From the NCBI GenBank assembly GCA_951406725.2, contig OX597815.1:64852001-64916000 (forward strand): a stretch of 64,000 nt of DNA, written 5' to 3'. This DNA is from Octopus vulgaris (lineage: Eukaryota). Position numbers and translations under genes: made by a program. Under the pieces are notes generated by a model. That model did no database searches. It worked only from the letters and a program-made list of their open reading frames with translations, and was not told the DNA's origin. Positions 12,500-26,755 of this stretch are shown piece by piece; position 1 is the stretch's first letter, and each line of letters starts with the position of its first letter.

Positions 12500-12880
12500 A
12501 GAATCGTTAACACACCGGGCGAAATGCTTAGGGGTATTTCGTCTGCCGTTACGTTCTGAGTTCAAATTCCTCCGAGGTTGACTTTACCTTTCATCCTTTC
12601 GGGGTCGATAAATTAAGTACCAGTTACGTACTGGGGTCGATTTAATCGACTTAATCCGTTTGTCTGTCCTTGTGTGTCCCCTCTGTGTTTAACTCCTTGT
12701 GGGTAGTAAAGAAATAGGTATTTCGCCCGTCAGTATGTTCTGAGTTCAAATTCCATCGAGGTCGACTTTGTCTTTCATCCTTTTGTAGTCGATAAATTAA
12801 GTACCAGTGAAACACTTGGGTCAACTAGTAATCGACTAGTCCCCTCCCACTGAATAACATGTCTTGTGCCTTTAGTATTA
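12500..12880 (+). mobile_element. SINE with Nin/Deu-like core; further copies at 14300-14680 (+), 27235-27820 (-), 29880-30090 (-)
   Basis: Repeated gagttcaaattccgccgaggtcgactttgcctttcatcctttcggggtcgataaattaagtaccag core; several copies flanked by TAA/TTA repeats. Confidence 0.75.
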
Positions 12881-12889
12881 TTATTATTC

Positions 12890-15081
12890 ATATACACTCA
12901 ACAGATTAGACAGTTGGAAAAGAAAAGAATCCTAACATCTGGCAACAACAAGTTGTCTTAGATGCCAAGAGCCCTCCTATTGGGTTACAGCAAGTAACCT
13001 TAGATGCCAAGAACCCTCCTAGGTATCCTAGCTGTCCCTAATAACACTGTTTTCTGCAGCTGTACTAAACTGGGTTTTATGCCTATTTACTTGAACCATC
13101 TGTTCAGATCTTTAGGGATAGTCCCCAGTGTACCTATAACTACTGGGATACATTTTACCCGCAGTTTCCATAGTCTCTGTAATTCAATAGCTAGGTCCTG
13201 GTACTTTGCTATTTTTTCTATACTTCTAATATTAACTTTTTCATCATTTGGGGCTTTCTATTCTCTTTACTACTACCAAATCAGGTCTTCTAGCTTTTAT
13301 TACTCTGTCAGTCTGAATGTTAAAGTCCCACAACATATATTTCTTACTTTTTAGTACTTTACTAGGTTCATTATCATACCATTTATCAGTATGTTCAAAT
13401 TCTAGCTTTCTACATAGCTCTCAGTGGATTACTCTCCCTAGAGTGTCATGTCTTTTCTTGTATTCTTTCTGTTCCAGCCTGCTACATTCACTTACTATAT
13501 GAGTAACACTTTCCTCTTTGGATTTGCATAACCTACATTGGGAATCTACTTGGTTTTTGTCTATTTTGGCTTTTATCCAATTAGTCCTAAATGCTTGATC
13601 TTGTGCAGCTACTAACAAACTTTCTGTCTCCCTTTTCAGCTTTCCTTTCTGCAGCCATAACCATGTCTCACTACTACTATTTGCTGAAACTGTCAATGGG
13701 AATCTACCATGCAACGCCTTCTCCTGCCAGTCAGATAGTTTCTGTTCTTTTTTCTGGTTTTAAGTTCGTTTGGCGTTTTGGTTTCCCTATGTCTTGCTGT
13801 GACTCTAGCAGCTTTTAATAAACTTTCTTCACTATTACCTAGATAGGAGTCTATATCTATTCTAGCTAACTCCACGCAGTCTTCTACTTATATTAACCCC
13901 CTTTCACCTTCCTTTCTAGGTAGGTATAATTTTGCTACTCCTGCCCGTGGGTGGTGTCCTCCATTCATATTGAATTCTTTCCTAGTTCTTCTGTCTAGCT
14001 TTGCTACTTCTGTTTTTGTCCAATCTACAAAAACTGCTGAGTATCTAAATAATGATACTGCCCAAGTATTTACAGCCTTCACTAGATTCCGACCATTTAG
14101 CTTTGACTTCATTAACTTCCTCACCCTTCTGATGTACTCCTCAAATTCTCGTTTTCATTTCTGTAGTTATTACTGTGTGATTCTAATACTCCTAGATACT
14201 TATAGTTCTCTCCTCCTTTCAATGATTTTAATGTCTGGCCATCTGGTAATTGGATGCCTTCGCTATTGACCTCCTGTCCCCTTCTCATGACTAATATTGC
14301 ACGAGCTGGCAGAATCGTTTTCACGCCGGGCGAAATGCTTAGCGGTATTTCGTCTGCCGTTACGTTCTGAGTTCAAATTCTGCCGAGGTCGACTTTGCCT
14401 TTCATCCTTTCGGGGCCGATTAAATAAGTACTAGTTACGCACTGGGGTCGATATGATCGACTTAATCCGTTTGTCTGTCCTTGTTTGTCCCTTGTGGGTA
14501 GTAAAGAAATAGGTATTTCGTCTGCCGTTGCGCTCTGAGTTCAAATTGTGCCGAGGTTGACTTTGCCTTTTACCTTTCGGGGTCAATTAAATGAGTACCA
14601 GTTACGCACTGGGGTCGATGTAATCCATTTGTCTGCCCCCTCTATGTTTATCTCCCTGTGGGCAACAAAGAAATAAATATTGCACACTTATCTATGCCAA
14701 ATTCCATACCTATATTTTAGTCTTAAAGTCTGTATATAGGAATCTATCTCTTTTTCATTCATACTAAAAAGCTTCAGATCATCCATTTACAGTAAATGGT
14801 TAATTTTTCCATTACTATTTCTGAACTGATACCCTGCGTTTGCCTTCCTTAATACTAAACTGAGGGGGATCAAACATAAGACAAATATTAAAGAGGATAA
14901 CGAGTCCCCTTCGAAAATTCCTCTCTTGATATTAACTTTCCCTAAGGCTGTGTCACCTGAGTGACATCTCCTTTCCATTTCCTCATGCTAAAGTTAATTA
15001 ATTCTCTCATGTTGTCTGCTATACTGAATATACTCAAACATTCGCTTATCCATGAGTTTGGGATCATGTCATAGGCTTTCC
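12890..15081 (-). mobile_element. R4/Dong-like RLE LINE, interrupted by a SINE at about 14300-14680
   Basis: KAYDMIP, GIFEGDSLS, KSKLNGRNLVKAVNTWAV, CRLC..ESVTHIVSEC..YKKRHD; (TAA)n at both ends. Confidence 0.85.
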
Positions 15082-15135
<54 letters not shown>

Positions 15136-17531
15136 CATTATTATTATTCAACACGACAGAGATCCTCTTCATCGGCGCTCGACTTTCTAAAAGTAGAACC
15201 CAAATCTCAGCTAAGAAAAGGATTCGTTGGCTCACGTAGTCTTCGATACTCCTTAAAAGATGGAATGGTCACGGCTAGAATGCCGTTTTGACAATAGTTC
15301 TGTGCGATCGAGATTAACCTGGGTTAAACCACAACAACCATTTTCACTACAATTTATTATAATATATATTTTACTGCACTTCATATAGCAATATACTGCA
15401 TTAAACATCGTCACCGCAACGTTGCAGTTCGCGTCTCACCGCCACGTTGCAGTTTGCGTCTCTACATTACAGGTCACTACACGTTACACTTCACTTGCTC
15501 CAGTGCAGAAATTACCAGTCTGAGAGAGAGAGGTGGGGTGGGGACATTTTTTAAAATGGTCTTTAAAAACCTTCCAAAGCCGAATGTGTAAGTTGTTTCT
15601 AATGAACTTCTAATCTTAAATAAGATCTTCCATTTGATGGAAAACGCATAAATATTTAACAATGTAGAAACGTTTACATGTTCTTTATCCCAACTTGTTT
15701 CTCCTCTATTTTCTTTCTAATTATCGTGGTTTTTATAGTTTATTTGTCTAACAGTTATTGCATACCTTCTTTCAATCTGACATGGCTTACCAGCTCTATA
15801 CAGACTTTTAAAGTGATGAAATAAATTAAATGAATTAAATACACCCTACTGCACTACACCAAACCATAACCAGCCTACTTTAATACTATGCACCGTCGCC
15901 TTCTCATCACCGATTATGAGAAACTTTGCATTCGAATGATAGTTGTAGGTATCAAGTTTCATGTGAGGCAGGTTGATGGACTATTTACAAGTCATAATAG
16001 TTTCAAATTTTGATACAAAACCAGCAATTTCGATTACATTGACTCTAGTGCTCAACAGGTACTTATTTTATTGACACCGATAAGATGAAATGCGGAATTT
16101 GAACTCAGAACGTAAAGAGCCGGATGAAATGATGCTAAGAATTTTGCCCGGCTTACAAACTATTCTGCCAGCTAGCCGCCTTATACGATGCTAAATATTG
16201 AAATTACTTATCTTTGTCTCTGGTTCTTTGGCAGAAAGGAGGATTAGCTAAATCGGCACTCTTCCTTTTTACTCATCCATTTTACATGATCTCAACGGGA
16301 GAGACGGGGCAGGGGTGGCTTCATAGCAGTCATCTGTTGTTCTTAAGTAACAGGAATCATTCTTCGTACTTTCTCATTTCTTTCTTCGTTGTCTTGAAAA
16401 AGGCATTTGCTCGAGATGTTGATATTTTCTTTTTATTCGACGTGAACAACTGACATTGTTTATTCATGTCGTTCATGTTGTTGCTGGTGTTTACTATTGT
16501 TATTCATTTCTATATACAATTTACCCAACTTTCAAAGGAAGAAGCCCCGGCCTGCAAGATATGGCAGCTAATTCTCATTCTACTGTCCTCAATAAATTTT
16601 ATCTTTGATAAAACGGTCACGAGTGAAATAACTTTGATTATAAGTTTGCTCGATCAGAGCCGACCTGGAGCTAAACAACAACTACAACAGACAACAGTTA
16701 GTTAGTCATTCATGAGTAATGTTTCTTGGTCATAAACACAGCCTCGTCAGGTACAAACAGTCGATATTTCAAATGCTAGTCTACTGTCTCCAAATGATAC
16801 TGTTGTGTTCCCTAAACTATAATGTACTTCTATCCTTACTTATCACGGGTGTTTGGTTAAAAGAAAATAATAACACCGTGTTAAATGAATCATTGATAAA
16901 TGAATGAAGCACATTGGAAAAGTAGGTTTCAATACGAGGTCACAAGCTCTCCCACAAGAAACTTACCCAAATAATACCTCTAAACAGTTTTTTAAATATA
17001 CAATGTTACATAGTTGGATTAATATTTAGAGTAAAATTTAGTAACATATGGTCAGTAAATGATAAGAATATAACGACTAAAAATGCTTTTTTCTATTCAT
17101 AATCCTCATATAGATGGCTATGTGTACCTAAATCCGTATAAATAAGTATGCAGTTTCGCAGCACAATGATGTAAACACGGGTGATAAATAATTCTAAGCA
17201 TTGTAGATGATCGCGTGGGCCCACTTTTGTGGTTCAAATAGAAGCTATGACTGATTGCAGACCCATGTTATCACAGATTAATCCGTGATAAGCGAAACAT
17301 GGAGCACAATTGAGCGCACCGTGTTATCCCGGATGAGCTTCAATGAAACAGTAATAAATAAGGATAGATGTACTGTACATATGTAATTCAATAATTGCTT
17401 TTAATTTTGATACAGTTTTAATGGGAGCTTTAATATCGATCCTACTTCTTCACTGGTACTGAAAGGACGAAAGGTAAAGTAGACCTCAACAAGATTTGAA
17501 TTCTGAACCGGAAAAAATGCTGCTAACCATT

Positions 17532-17766
17532 TATGTATGTATGTATGTATGTATGTATGCATGTATGTATGTATGTATGTATGTATGTATGTATGTATGT
17601 ATGTATGTATTATGTATGTATGTATGTATGTATGCATGTATGTATGTATGCATGTATGTATGTATGTATGTATGTATGTATGCATGTATGTATGTATGCA
17701 CGTATGTATGTATGTATGTATGTATGTATGTATGTATGTATGTATGCATGTATGTATGTATGTACA
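17532..17766. repeat. (TATG)n microsatellite, representative of dozens of (TA)n, (CA)n, (CATA)n, (GATA)n, (TAA)n, (GAA)n and (GA)n arrays
   Basis: Directly visible. These arrays produce the YIYI, MYVC, LSIY and poly-N/S ORFs in the track. Confidence 0.98.
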
Positions 17767-18179
17767 TGGGAAGTATATGTATTTGTTTATATTTATGAGT
17801 GAGTGTCTTTGTGTTTGTATTTGTTTCACAAACCGTTTGACAACCAGTGTTCGTTTCTTTACATCTTCGTAACTTTGTGGTTCGGTATAAGATACCGATA
17901 AAACAGGTATCGGTTGAAACAACATGTACCGGAGTGCATTCGTTCAACGAACACCGATCAAAACGATACTCCAGCAACGCTGCAGTTCAATGTCTGAGAT
18001 TATAAACAAGTAAAAGATAAAAAATACACTTGTCTGAAAAATAAAAGACAGGATTGTCACAGCAGGATTGCCTTGGATTATAAGTATATCCTATGACGTC
18101 TAATTTGACAGAAAACATCAACAACAACAACATGAGGAAATGTTGCAATGATGACTGTTTTTTTTTCTCATTTTCTTGT

Positions 18180-18185
18180 TTTATT
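18180..18185 (-). terminator. Poly(A) signal of exon 4b
   Basis: AATAAA about 50 nt after the stop, GT-rich downstream element, conserved with the 4a copy. Confidence 0.6.
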
Positions 18186-18237
18186 GGCGATTTACTATAA
18201 ATTGCAAAAACAGTTGATGGAAAAATAGTGCTCAGAG

Positions 18238-18386
18238 TTAGCCGTGGTGATGTTTGAAAAGCCCACCTAGTATTTTAGCTAAATGTGATTGGTTCCAGAC
18301 ATTGTAATCAGCCAGATGATCATGGAAGCACGTCGCTGCTGCTTTATCACACATACAAGTAGCTTGTTGGCATTCATTATTATTCA
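18238..18386 (-). CDS. Duplicated sPLA2 terminal exon 4b (candidate alternative last exon, or orphan duplicate)
   Basis: Same acceptor context and phase as 4a. Encodes (L)NNNECQQATCMCDKAAATCFHDHLADYNVWNQSHLAKILGGLFKHHHG*; four Cys and Asp99 kept. No exon 2/3 copies were seen between 18.4 and 29.6 kb. Confidence 0.75.
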
Positions 18387-19083
18387 CTAGAAAAGAGAGA
18401 AGAAAAAGAAAACAAAACAGATTAAATATACTTAATTGTATTCGTTTTAAAATATTCTTGATGTGAAAATGTGCGTCGAACCTGATATTGATTATTATGG
18501 GAAGGTCATGCATCAATAAAAACACACGTACTGATTATATGTCACTTCAGTTTTATTACCGAACAGTGAAATATTTAACCATTTGATCAATTGATTCATC
18601 AGTTAGTCTGCCAAAATCCTTACGTAACAGTTTGGGATCTTACCAATGATTGTGTCCTTCAATCTTCTCTTTCTCCTCAGCAATTTATTGCATGTTTACT
18701 GATCATCTCACTGGTCTTGTGGTAAGATCAAAATCTGTAACGAAAGGACTTTCACAAACTTATCGATTAACCAATTGATTAATTATCTAATTGATTGGTA
18801 ATAAAACTGTAGTGAAGCATAACCAGTACATGTGATTTTACTGGCAGTATGTCCTACCCAAAATACGTTCTTCGTATTTATTGTTTCATTTGTTTCAGTC
18901 GTTGGACTAGGGCCATGCTGGAGCACTGCCTATAAAAGTTGAGCTAAACAAATTGACCCAACACATTCTTTTTAAGTCTTGTGATTGTTCCATCGGATGC
19001 TTGTGTCAAAATGGTATGTTACGGAGACATACACACACCAACAACGATTTTCGAGCGGTGTGAAGACAAGTACAAGAGCTGTA

Positions 19084-19169
<86 letters not shown>

Positions 19170-20372
19170 TACATACACTCACTCACTCACTCACTCACAC
19201 ACGAGCAAGTGTGCGTATAAATAGTCTTTCATTCTTTTAAACGTTTTAGTTATTTGACTGCAGCCATGCTGGAACACCGACTTACAAGATATTTTAGTGG
19301 AAGAAATAGACCCCAGGATTTATTCTTTGTAAGCCTAGTACTTATTCTATCGGTCTCTTTTGCTGAACCGCTAAGTTACGGGGAACATTAACACACCAAT
19401 ATGGGTTGTCGAGTGATGGTTGGGGGACAAACACAGATGAAAGATACTCAAAAATATATATAAGCAGGTCCTGCTTTGTTATATATTTTATATCTTGCAG
19501 AATGGCTAAATATACAATATACAAGTTATTACACTACTCATTTATGATGTTTGATTAGAAACAAAAAAAAATTCTCCTCTTCTAAACAAAGCAGAAACCA
19601 TCCTACTCACATAAAAAAAAAAACAAGATAACGTCCTGTTTTTATCTTTTTTCTTTTTTTTTTTTTTTTGTCTGGAAGAGTTCGGTTAAACGAACGAAAG
19701 CATTAATAATTATCCAAATTTCTGGCTGCCTCCTTTTTCTCAATTCACCGCGAGAAAAGTTCACTGTCATCAATTCACAGCAGAAAAACTTCCCCTGTCA
19801 TCAATTCACCATTTTCTCTTTTTTATTTGTGCGTGTGTGTGTGTGTGTGTGTGTTTTTTGTTTTTGTTTTTGTTTTTTGTTTTTTGCTTTGATTTTTGTT
19901 TTTCAATAAAATAGTTTTCAACTATTAATTCTGAGATTCTATGGATGTATGTTCTTCGGTAAACTTTCTTCGTGGTGTACTTTCCTCGCGGTGAACTTTC
20001 TTCACGGTGCATTGATAGCGGTGAACTCTCCTGCAATAAATTAATGACAGCAAAATTACTAATAATCGCCATTCTCGCGCAGTTGCCAGACGAGCTCATT
20101 TCATGAACGTTGACCAATCAATTTGTACGTTAACGGATAGTATTCGGGGCCATATTCCTACTTTAACAACAATCTATTTTTATAACAACGATCAGAGTAG
20201 ATATAATTCGTGACACAACTCCATACACTACAACCTTTTGGAAATTTCATGTAGACCGGTAAAGTTTATCAAGTATATCTTAAAATAAATTTAAATTCTA
20301 ATTAATTCTATTTTATTCGCTGTGCATTTTCAACTTCATTTCTTCTATTCTTCCACTTGTTTTGATTAATAA

Positions 20373-20437
<65 letters not shown>

Positions 20438-21169
20438 ACCGCGTGTGTACCGTTGGCGATTTTTTTTCCTCCGTCTTCCCTTCTCTGGATCTTTCCTTTT
20501 CCTATGTTTCTGACGAAGAGCTCCGCTCGAGACGTTAAACCCTCCTTCTTCCCTTCCTTCCTGAGCGTCCAATAATACTATATTTGTTCCACGTCCTCGC
20601 GTTGTTGTGTTTTCATGTTTGGATTAACTATATATATAAAATCGTCTTCACTTAAAGGAAAAGGGCTATACCATCCCAGTATTGGAGCTCCCGTTCGAAA
20701 AACAACCATTTCATTTCCACGTGACTCTTGGTAGTTTTCCGTGGTTGCAGTCTTGGTTGTTTTCCGTAGATTTTTTTTTTTTCCTGGTGAAGATCATGCG
20801 GGTGTTGATATCAAAATTTACCTTCTTGGCCCGACTGCCAATCGCCAACACCTCCTATGTCCATCTCCTATGTTCAGTTTGTATTTGCAATTGCGTACCA
20901 TGTTCTCCACTTTTTGCCTTCGCTAGCTTTCTTACAAAAAGGTCTAATGCCCTTAGTTTTGACTTTTTGGGAGGCAACCAGATAACACTGTCTCAAGTAT
21001 AACTGCCTGAAATATTAAGGACTTCTGGTATACTTGACTGAGGAAAGAAGGCCACGAATGACTCGTCTTTTTTTGCCTGTCCTTCTAATTGTTGTTTCTC
21101 CTGTCCACCTTTGTATCGTCTATCTGTCCGACTGTTTTATTGTCCTCTATTGCGATTTTGTTCCATTAC

Positions 21170-21266
<97 letters not shown>

Positions 21267-21674
21267 TGTATGTATGTATGTATGTATATACATATGTACA
21301 TATTCAAATATGAAATAGAAGTAACGCTAGTGTAATAAACATTATCGACCACAGATATGTAACGTACACGTGTCGTATGTTTGCCGGTTGGCTGAGAATA
21401 GCGTGGTGCAGATTACTCTCTCAAAGCGCTGGCCGTTAAAACACCTGAAAGTCGTGGAGACGCGAGACAACTCACCCCAAATCCCATTCAAGAGTGAGAG
21501 ACATCGATGTTTCATCATTTTTGTGGCTTATCAACATCACGTACTCGAACCAATACGTATACATTGTCTGGTTATACCAGCGCATAGTTTTTACAATATT
21601 TACATAAGTTGTGCACTGGCGGTACCATTCACCTCCGTACATACATAAGCGCACACACGCACACACACGCACAC

Positions 21675-21792
<118 letters not shown>

Positions 21793-22068
21793 AAATATAT
21801 ATACACACGTACATATCGTCCACATTATATATATATGTATATGTGTATGTATATATATATTATTCTTTTATTCTTTTACTTGTTTCAGTCATCTGACTGC
21901 GGCCATGCTGGACCACCGCCTTTAATCGAACAAATCGACCCCAGTACCTATTCTTTGTAAGCTTAGTTCTTATTCTATCGGTCTTTTGCCGAACCGCTAG
22001 GCTACGGTAACGTAAACGCACTAACATAGGTTGTCAAGCGATGGTGGGGGACAAACACAGACACACAC

Positions 22069-22136
<68 letters not shown>

Positions 22137-22302
22137 GACGGACTTATTTCAGTTTCCGTCTACCAAATCCACTCACAAGTCGGCTCAAGACTATAGTAGA
22201 AGACACTTCCTCAAGGTGGTCATGCAGTGGGACTGAGCCCAGAACCATGTGGTTGTGAACAAGCTTCTTACTACACAGTCACTCCTAATCTGTATAGGTA
22301 GG

Positions 22303-22438
<136 letters not shown>

Positions 22439-22460
22439 CAGCTATCGTAACGTACCGAAA

Positions 22461-22498
<38 letters not shown>

Positions 22499-22789
22499 TT
22501 ACGTATAAGAGACCAAAGTGTACGTACGCCGCTATATATTTATATACAAAATGGGACAAGAACGCAAAACATCCAGACAGTTAGGTGATACATAAAAGGG
22601 ACAACAAAATATCCAGATAGAGGATATAGAAGTAAACAAGAACGGGTCATTCGGAGTTTTATTTCCTCTGTCGAGTTCCAGATTATCATTGCAATTTCGG
22701 CTGGTTATACTCGAGATTACTCCAATCTCGCCAGCCCCGAGGAAAAGCCAAAGCTAAGAGCATTAGATTCCTTGTAAGAAAGCGGGTGC

Positions 22790-24744
22790 TTGGTACCAAC
22801 ATACACCGGAAAAGGTAATGGACGAAAATAGGAAGGCAAAAATCCTCTGGGACTTTGACTTCCAGACAGACAAGGTGTTAGAGCACCAAAAACCATATAT
22901 AGTAACCTTTAGGAGGGACAAACAAGAGTGCCTAATAATTGATGTGGCAGTGTCAGGAGATCAACATATCATCATGAAAGAAAGAGAAAAGGTTAATAAA
23001 CATGGAAACCTAAGAATTGAGATCGCTAAGATGTGGAAGCTACGAGAGTCAAACATTAAGTTTATCCCTATTGACATCGGAGCATTGGGTTCAATACAAC
23101 CCAAACTGAAAAAAAATCTGAAAAACTTTAGAAATACTCTACAATCTAGATGTATTGAAAAAATTGGCATTACTTGGAACTGCACGCATATTGCGTAAAG
23201 TACTGTCTATCTGAGGTCCTTGTTGTGACTTGACAAACTGTACAAATCCCGGTAGACACAATGTCTTCAATCAACAACTTCCCGGTATTGTATACTGTGC
23301 GACGTCTATAATAATAACGATAATAATAACAGAACACAACTAACATTACACACACAATACAAAACACAAACGTTAATACAACAAAAAAAAACTGCAATCA
23401 GATCCTATAACAAAACAAACTGATGCAATGCTATACCGGAAAGAGTTTGCAGTCCCCTACCAACAAAAAAGTACACACAATGCTGCACACACCCCAGCAA
23501 CACGGAGGTGTAGCAGGTGATGCAGTAGAAATCTGCGTGAAAGTATCAAATGTTGAATAATGATGATAGTATATAAGGAACAGGTGATCAAGTGTGAAAA
23601 TGAAATCCAAAGAGAGTACGTTAGATAGATTGAAGAGAAACCTTTGTATGGTCAATTTTGGGAAGTCACTGATGATGTATGTGAAACAAAATCCTGGACT
23701 TAGTTTTTAAAAAGGGGGCTATTAAATAAAGAAATAGAGAGCTTAATTGTAGCAGCCTAGGTTCAAGTGATAAAAACAAACAACTTGAGGGAAAATATGT
23801 CAGAAAAATATGTCTACAGACAAATGTAGTCAGAAAAATGTGTCAGAAAAATGTGTCAGAAAAATGTAATGTGGAATTTTGATCGAGACAGTGGCACATA
23901 TTCTTGCAGGATATTCCAAGTTGGCACAGGAAGAATATAAGAAATGGAGGCATGATGAAGCTGCAAAAGTTTTACACTGGAAACTCTGCCAGAAATGGGG
24001 ATTTGAAGCTGGAGACACATGGTACAATCATTGGGTCGAAGGAGTGCTGGAGTTGGAGAAATACAAGATTTTGTGGGGCTTTCCTATTCAAACGGACAAG
24101 AAGCTAGAGAATAAGAATATTCTTACATAACAATATTCTTACAAATTGATCCATCATGTCTGTTTGATTCCAGGATCATAAAGAAAAAAGACGAAAAGCA
24201 AAAAAACATACAATCCCTTATAATTTGAAATTGCAAGAATTTGACTGGAAGTATTAACTAACATGTACATGTTTTGTCTTAGTATAAAAGATGAGCTACA
24301 ACAAATATTTTGTTCAGTACCGCAGATTTGCTTGACAGTTGTTTGACCTTAACCAGTTGAGCATGTTCCTTAGTGGCTGACAATATGTGCATTTCTGGTT
24401 ACAAGCAGAAGTAGCGAGAGTGCATCATAGCCATGTTTTGAGAAGAATTCTTTGGGATTTTAATAATTCTCCTCCGGAGACATGTGCGTTTCATTCAGCA
24501 TTTTTAAACAACTGTTATTCAAGGACATTTTGAGATGGATGGGCAATTCGACCTGAAAAAATTCTGACCGAAACACCCCAACTCCACCTGCTTATTTTCT
24601 TATGAGATTTCTATGTCACGCACATATGGTTGTGATGCATGTGCCCGGTGTACCCATATCAGATGGGTAGTCATGATGGGTATATTGAGTTTTGTATATT
24701 TATACTCTAGCATGATTTTGATAGCATGTACTGCTCTCTCACTC

Positions 24745-24816
<72 letters not shown>

Positions 24817-26755
24817 GCTCAGAAAATATAAAGACTTTTAATCGAAATCGAAAAGATGTGGTATCTCAAGATGGTTACAATACTAGTGATTGTAGGAGCA
24901 TTTGGAACGAGCAAAAAAAGGAACTGAAAATGATTTAAGAATAATCCCTAACTTACCATCCATGCAGGAAGTGCAAAAGATTATCTTAAATGGTACGCTA
25001 CACGTACTGATAAGAGCATTGTCGCTGTGAATTTTCTTTCCCTTTACGCCTTTGCTATCTTTGTTTACTTGTTTACTTTTTATTTTATTTTTTTCTCTTC
25101 TTTCTTCCTCTTTTTCTCTATCACATGACTCTGTAAATGAACAATCTGGTGTGTTTATTTTAATGGCCTACCAATGTATACAGTGCGTTTCTCTGTCCTA
25201 AGTGTCAGGAAAACACTTGGCAAGAAGTGGAAACAGAAGATAATAATGAAAATAATAATAATAATAAGGGCATATGATATGATTCTTCACTCGTAGTTTC
25301 TAAAATGCTTGGAGATGATCAGGGCAGCTAAAAATAGGACATATTTATTCAAAACAGTATGAGGAACTGGAAGACAGTTTTGAATGCAGGTGGAAGGGAA
25401 GCTGGACAAATCGACATCAAGAGGGCAAACTTTCGAAGAGACCCTGTGTCACCCTTGCTGTTTATTAATAGTATGTTACTGCACTCCATGGCTCCAAGGA
25501 AGCTGGGATTTGGTTACAAACTGCAGAAAAACATGAGACCAATTAACCACTTGCTGTTTATGGGCGATTTGAAGCTTTACGGAGCAAGCAGAGGTCAACT
25601 AGACTCCCTTATTGAAACTGTATGAATTTTCTCTCATGACATCCAGATTGCATTCGGTCTAGATTAGTGCATTGTTATTGAACTGAGGAGAGAACGAAAA
25701 GTAGACAGCTTTGGAGTGCAACTTCCAGATGATGAACGCATCAGGGAAGTGAACAGAGAGTCTTATAAGTATCTTGGTGTTTTACGATTAGGCCAGAAGA
25801 TGAAGGAAAAATTTCTGATGAATTTGGTGGTAATAAAGGATAGTTCTATGAAGGAGATCAAACCTTTGCATACCTATCTGAAGAATAGTGATGAAAGAAT
25901 GTTGCAGCTTGCACTGAATGAGAAGGTGATCACAGACAATAGTGAGACTCTCCTGGGGTACAAAATGAGACTAATAAAGAAAAGATCATCAAATGGAAAG
26001 AGAAAGTCCTACTCTGAGAGGGGATTTTTCCGGCAAATAACGGATGAAGCTGATGAAGAATCCTGGAGATAGAAATGACATGGTTTTTTTTAAGGGAAAG
26101 AGAAAGACCGATTCTTATTACTCAAGAACAAGTTTTACAAGCAAACTCAATCGAGTCGGTGTAGCATTGATATGATAGTAGTATCACCTTTGTGCAAATT
26201 ATGTCAGAAAACATCTGAGGCAGTTATATATATAATTAGTGAATACTCAAAACTGGTGCAAAGGGAGTTAAAAAATACCGTGACAAAGTGACTGAACGAA
26301 TACACTAGCAGTTGTGTTGGAAGTATTGGCTACAATGATCCCACAGATGATATGAGTAATAAATTTTGCCTATTGCAGAGAAAATTACATGGGATATGCC
26401 AATATACACAGATAAAATGTTGCAACATAACCGACCAGATATCACTTTCCTACGGAAAGAGTCCAAAGAATGAATCTACAAGGATATAGCTCTACCAGCA
26501 GATCGGAATATTCTGAAGACAAAAAAGTCGGGAAGTACCAAGACCTAGCATTGGAAGTGAAATGCATCTATAGAGCCTCAAAAGTGAATGTGGTACGAAA
26601 AAGTGAGTGTGGTATCGAAAGCTGCAAATACCAAACTTCATAGGAAGTACACAATTGGCAGCAGTACTTGGAACAACACGTGCTGAGAAAAAAAGATTAC
26701 ATCCCTAAATAGCGGAATGAAGATGAGACGTGACATAAATAACTAAGAAGACAGG
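22790..26755 (+). mobile_element. Cluster of R4/Dong-like LINE fragments (about 22790-23330, 23560-24250, 24814-25250, 25267-26755)
   Basis: KILWDFDFQTD..KPYIV..IIDVAV endonuclease motifs, RHD motif, NHLLFMGDLKLY RT motif; several fragments separated by (AAT)n. Confidence 0.8.

Larger units (their letters stand above)
16600..18870 (-). repeat. Segmental duplicate of about 28300-30450 (end of intron 3, exon 4, 3'UTR and downstream flank)
   Basis: Colinear similarity by eye, e.g. 16701 ttagtcattcatgagtaatgtttcttgg vs 28381 ttagtcactcatgagttatgtttcttgc, and 18721 aagatcaaaatctgtaacgaaaggactttcacaaac vs 30308. The two copies carry different inserted repeats. Boundaries approximate. Confidence 0.9.

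Noticed and set aside
17401-17977. Long low-complexity ORFs (YIHT, MYVC, LSIY, poly-N/S/V) throughout the track
   Set aside because: Translations of stop-free microsatellites, not genes.
20900-21180. Similarity to 34100-34500 suggested a remnant of a whole PLA2 gene duplication
   Set aside because: The same repeat occurs inverted at about 22530-22770, so it is a dispersed family, and no exon 2/3 remnant is nearby.
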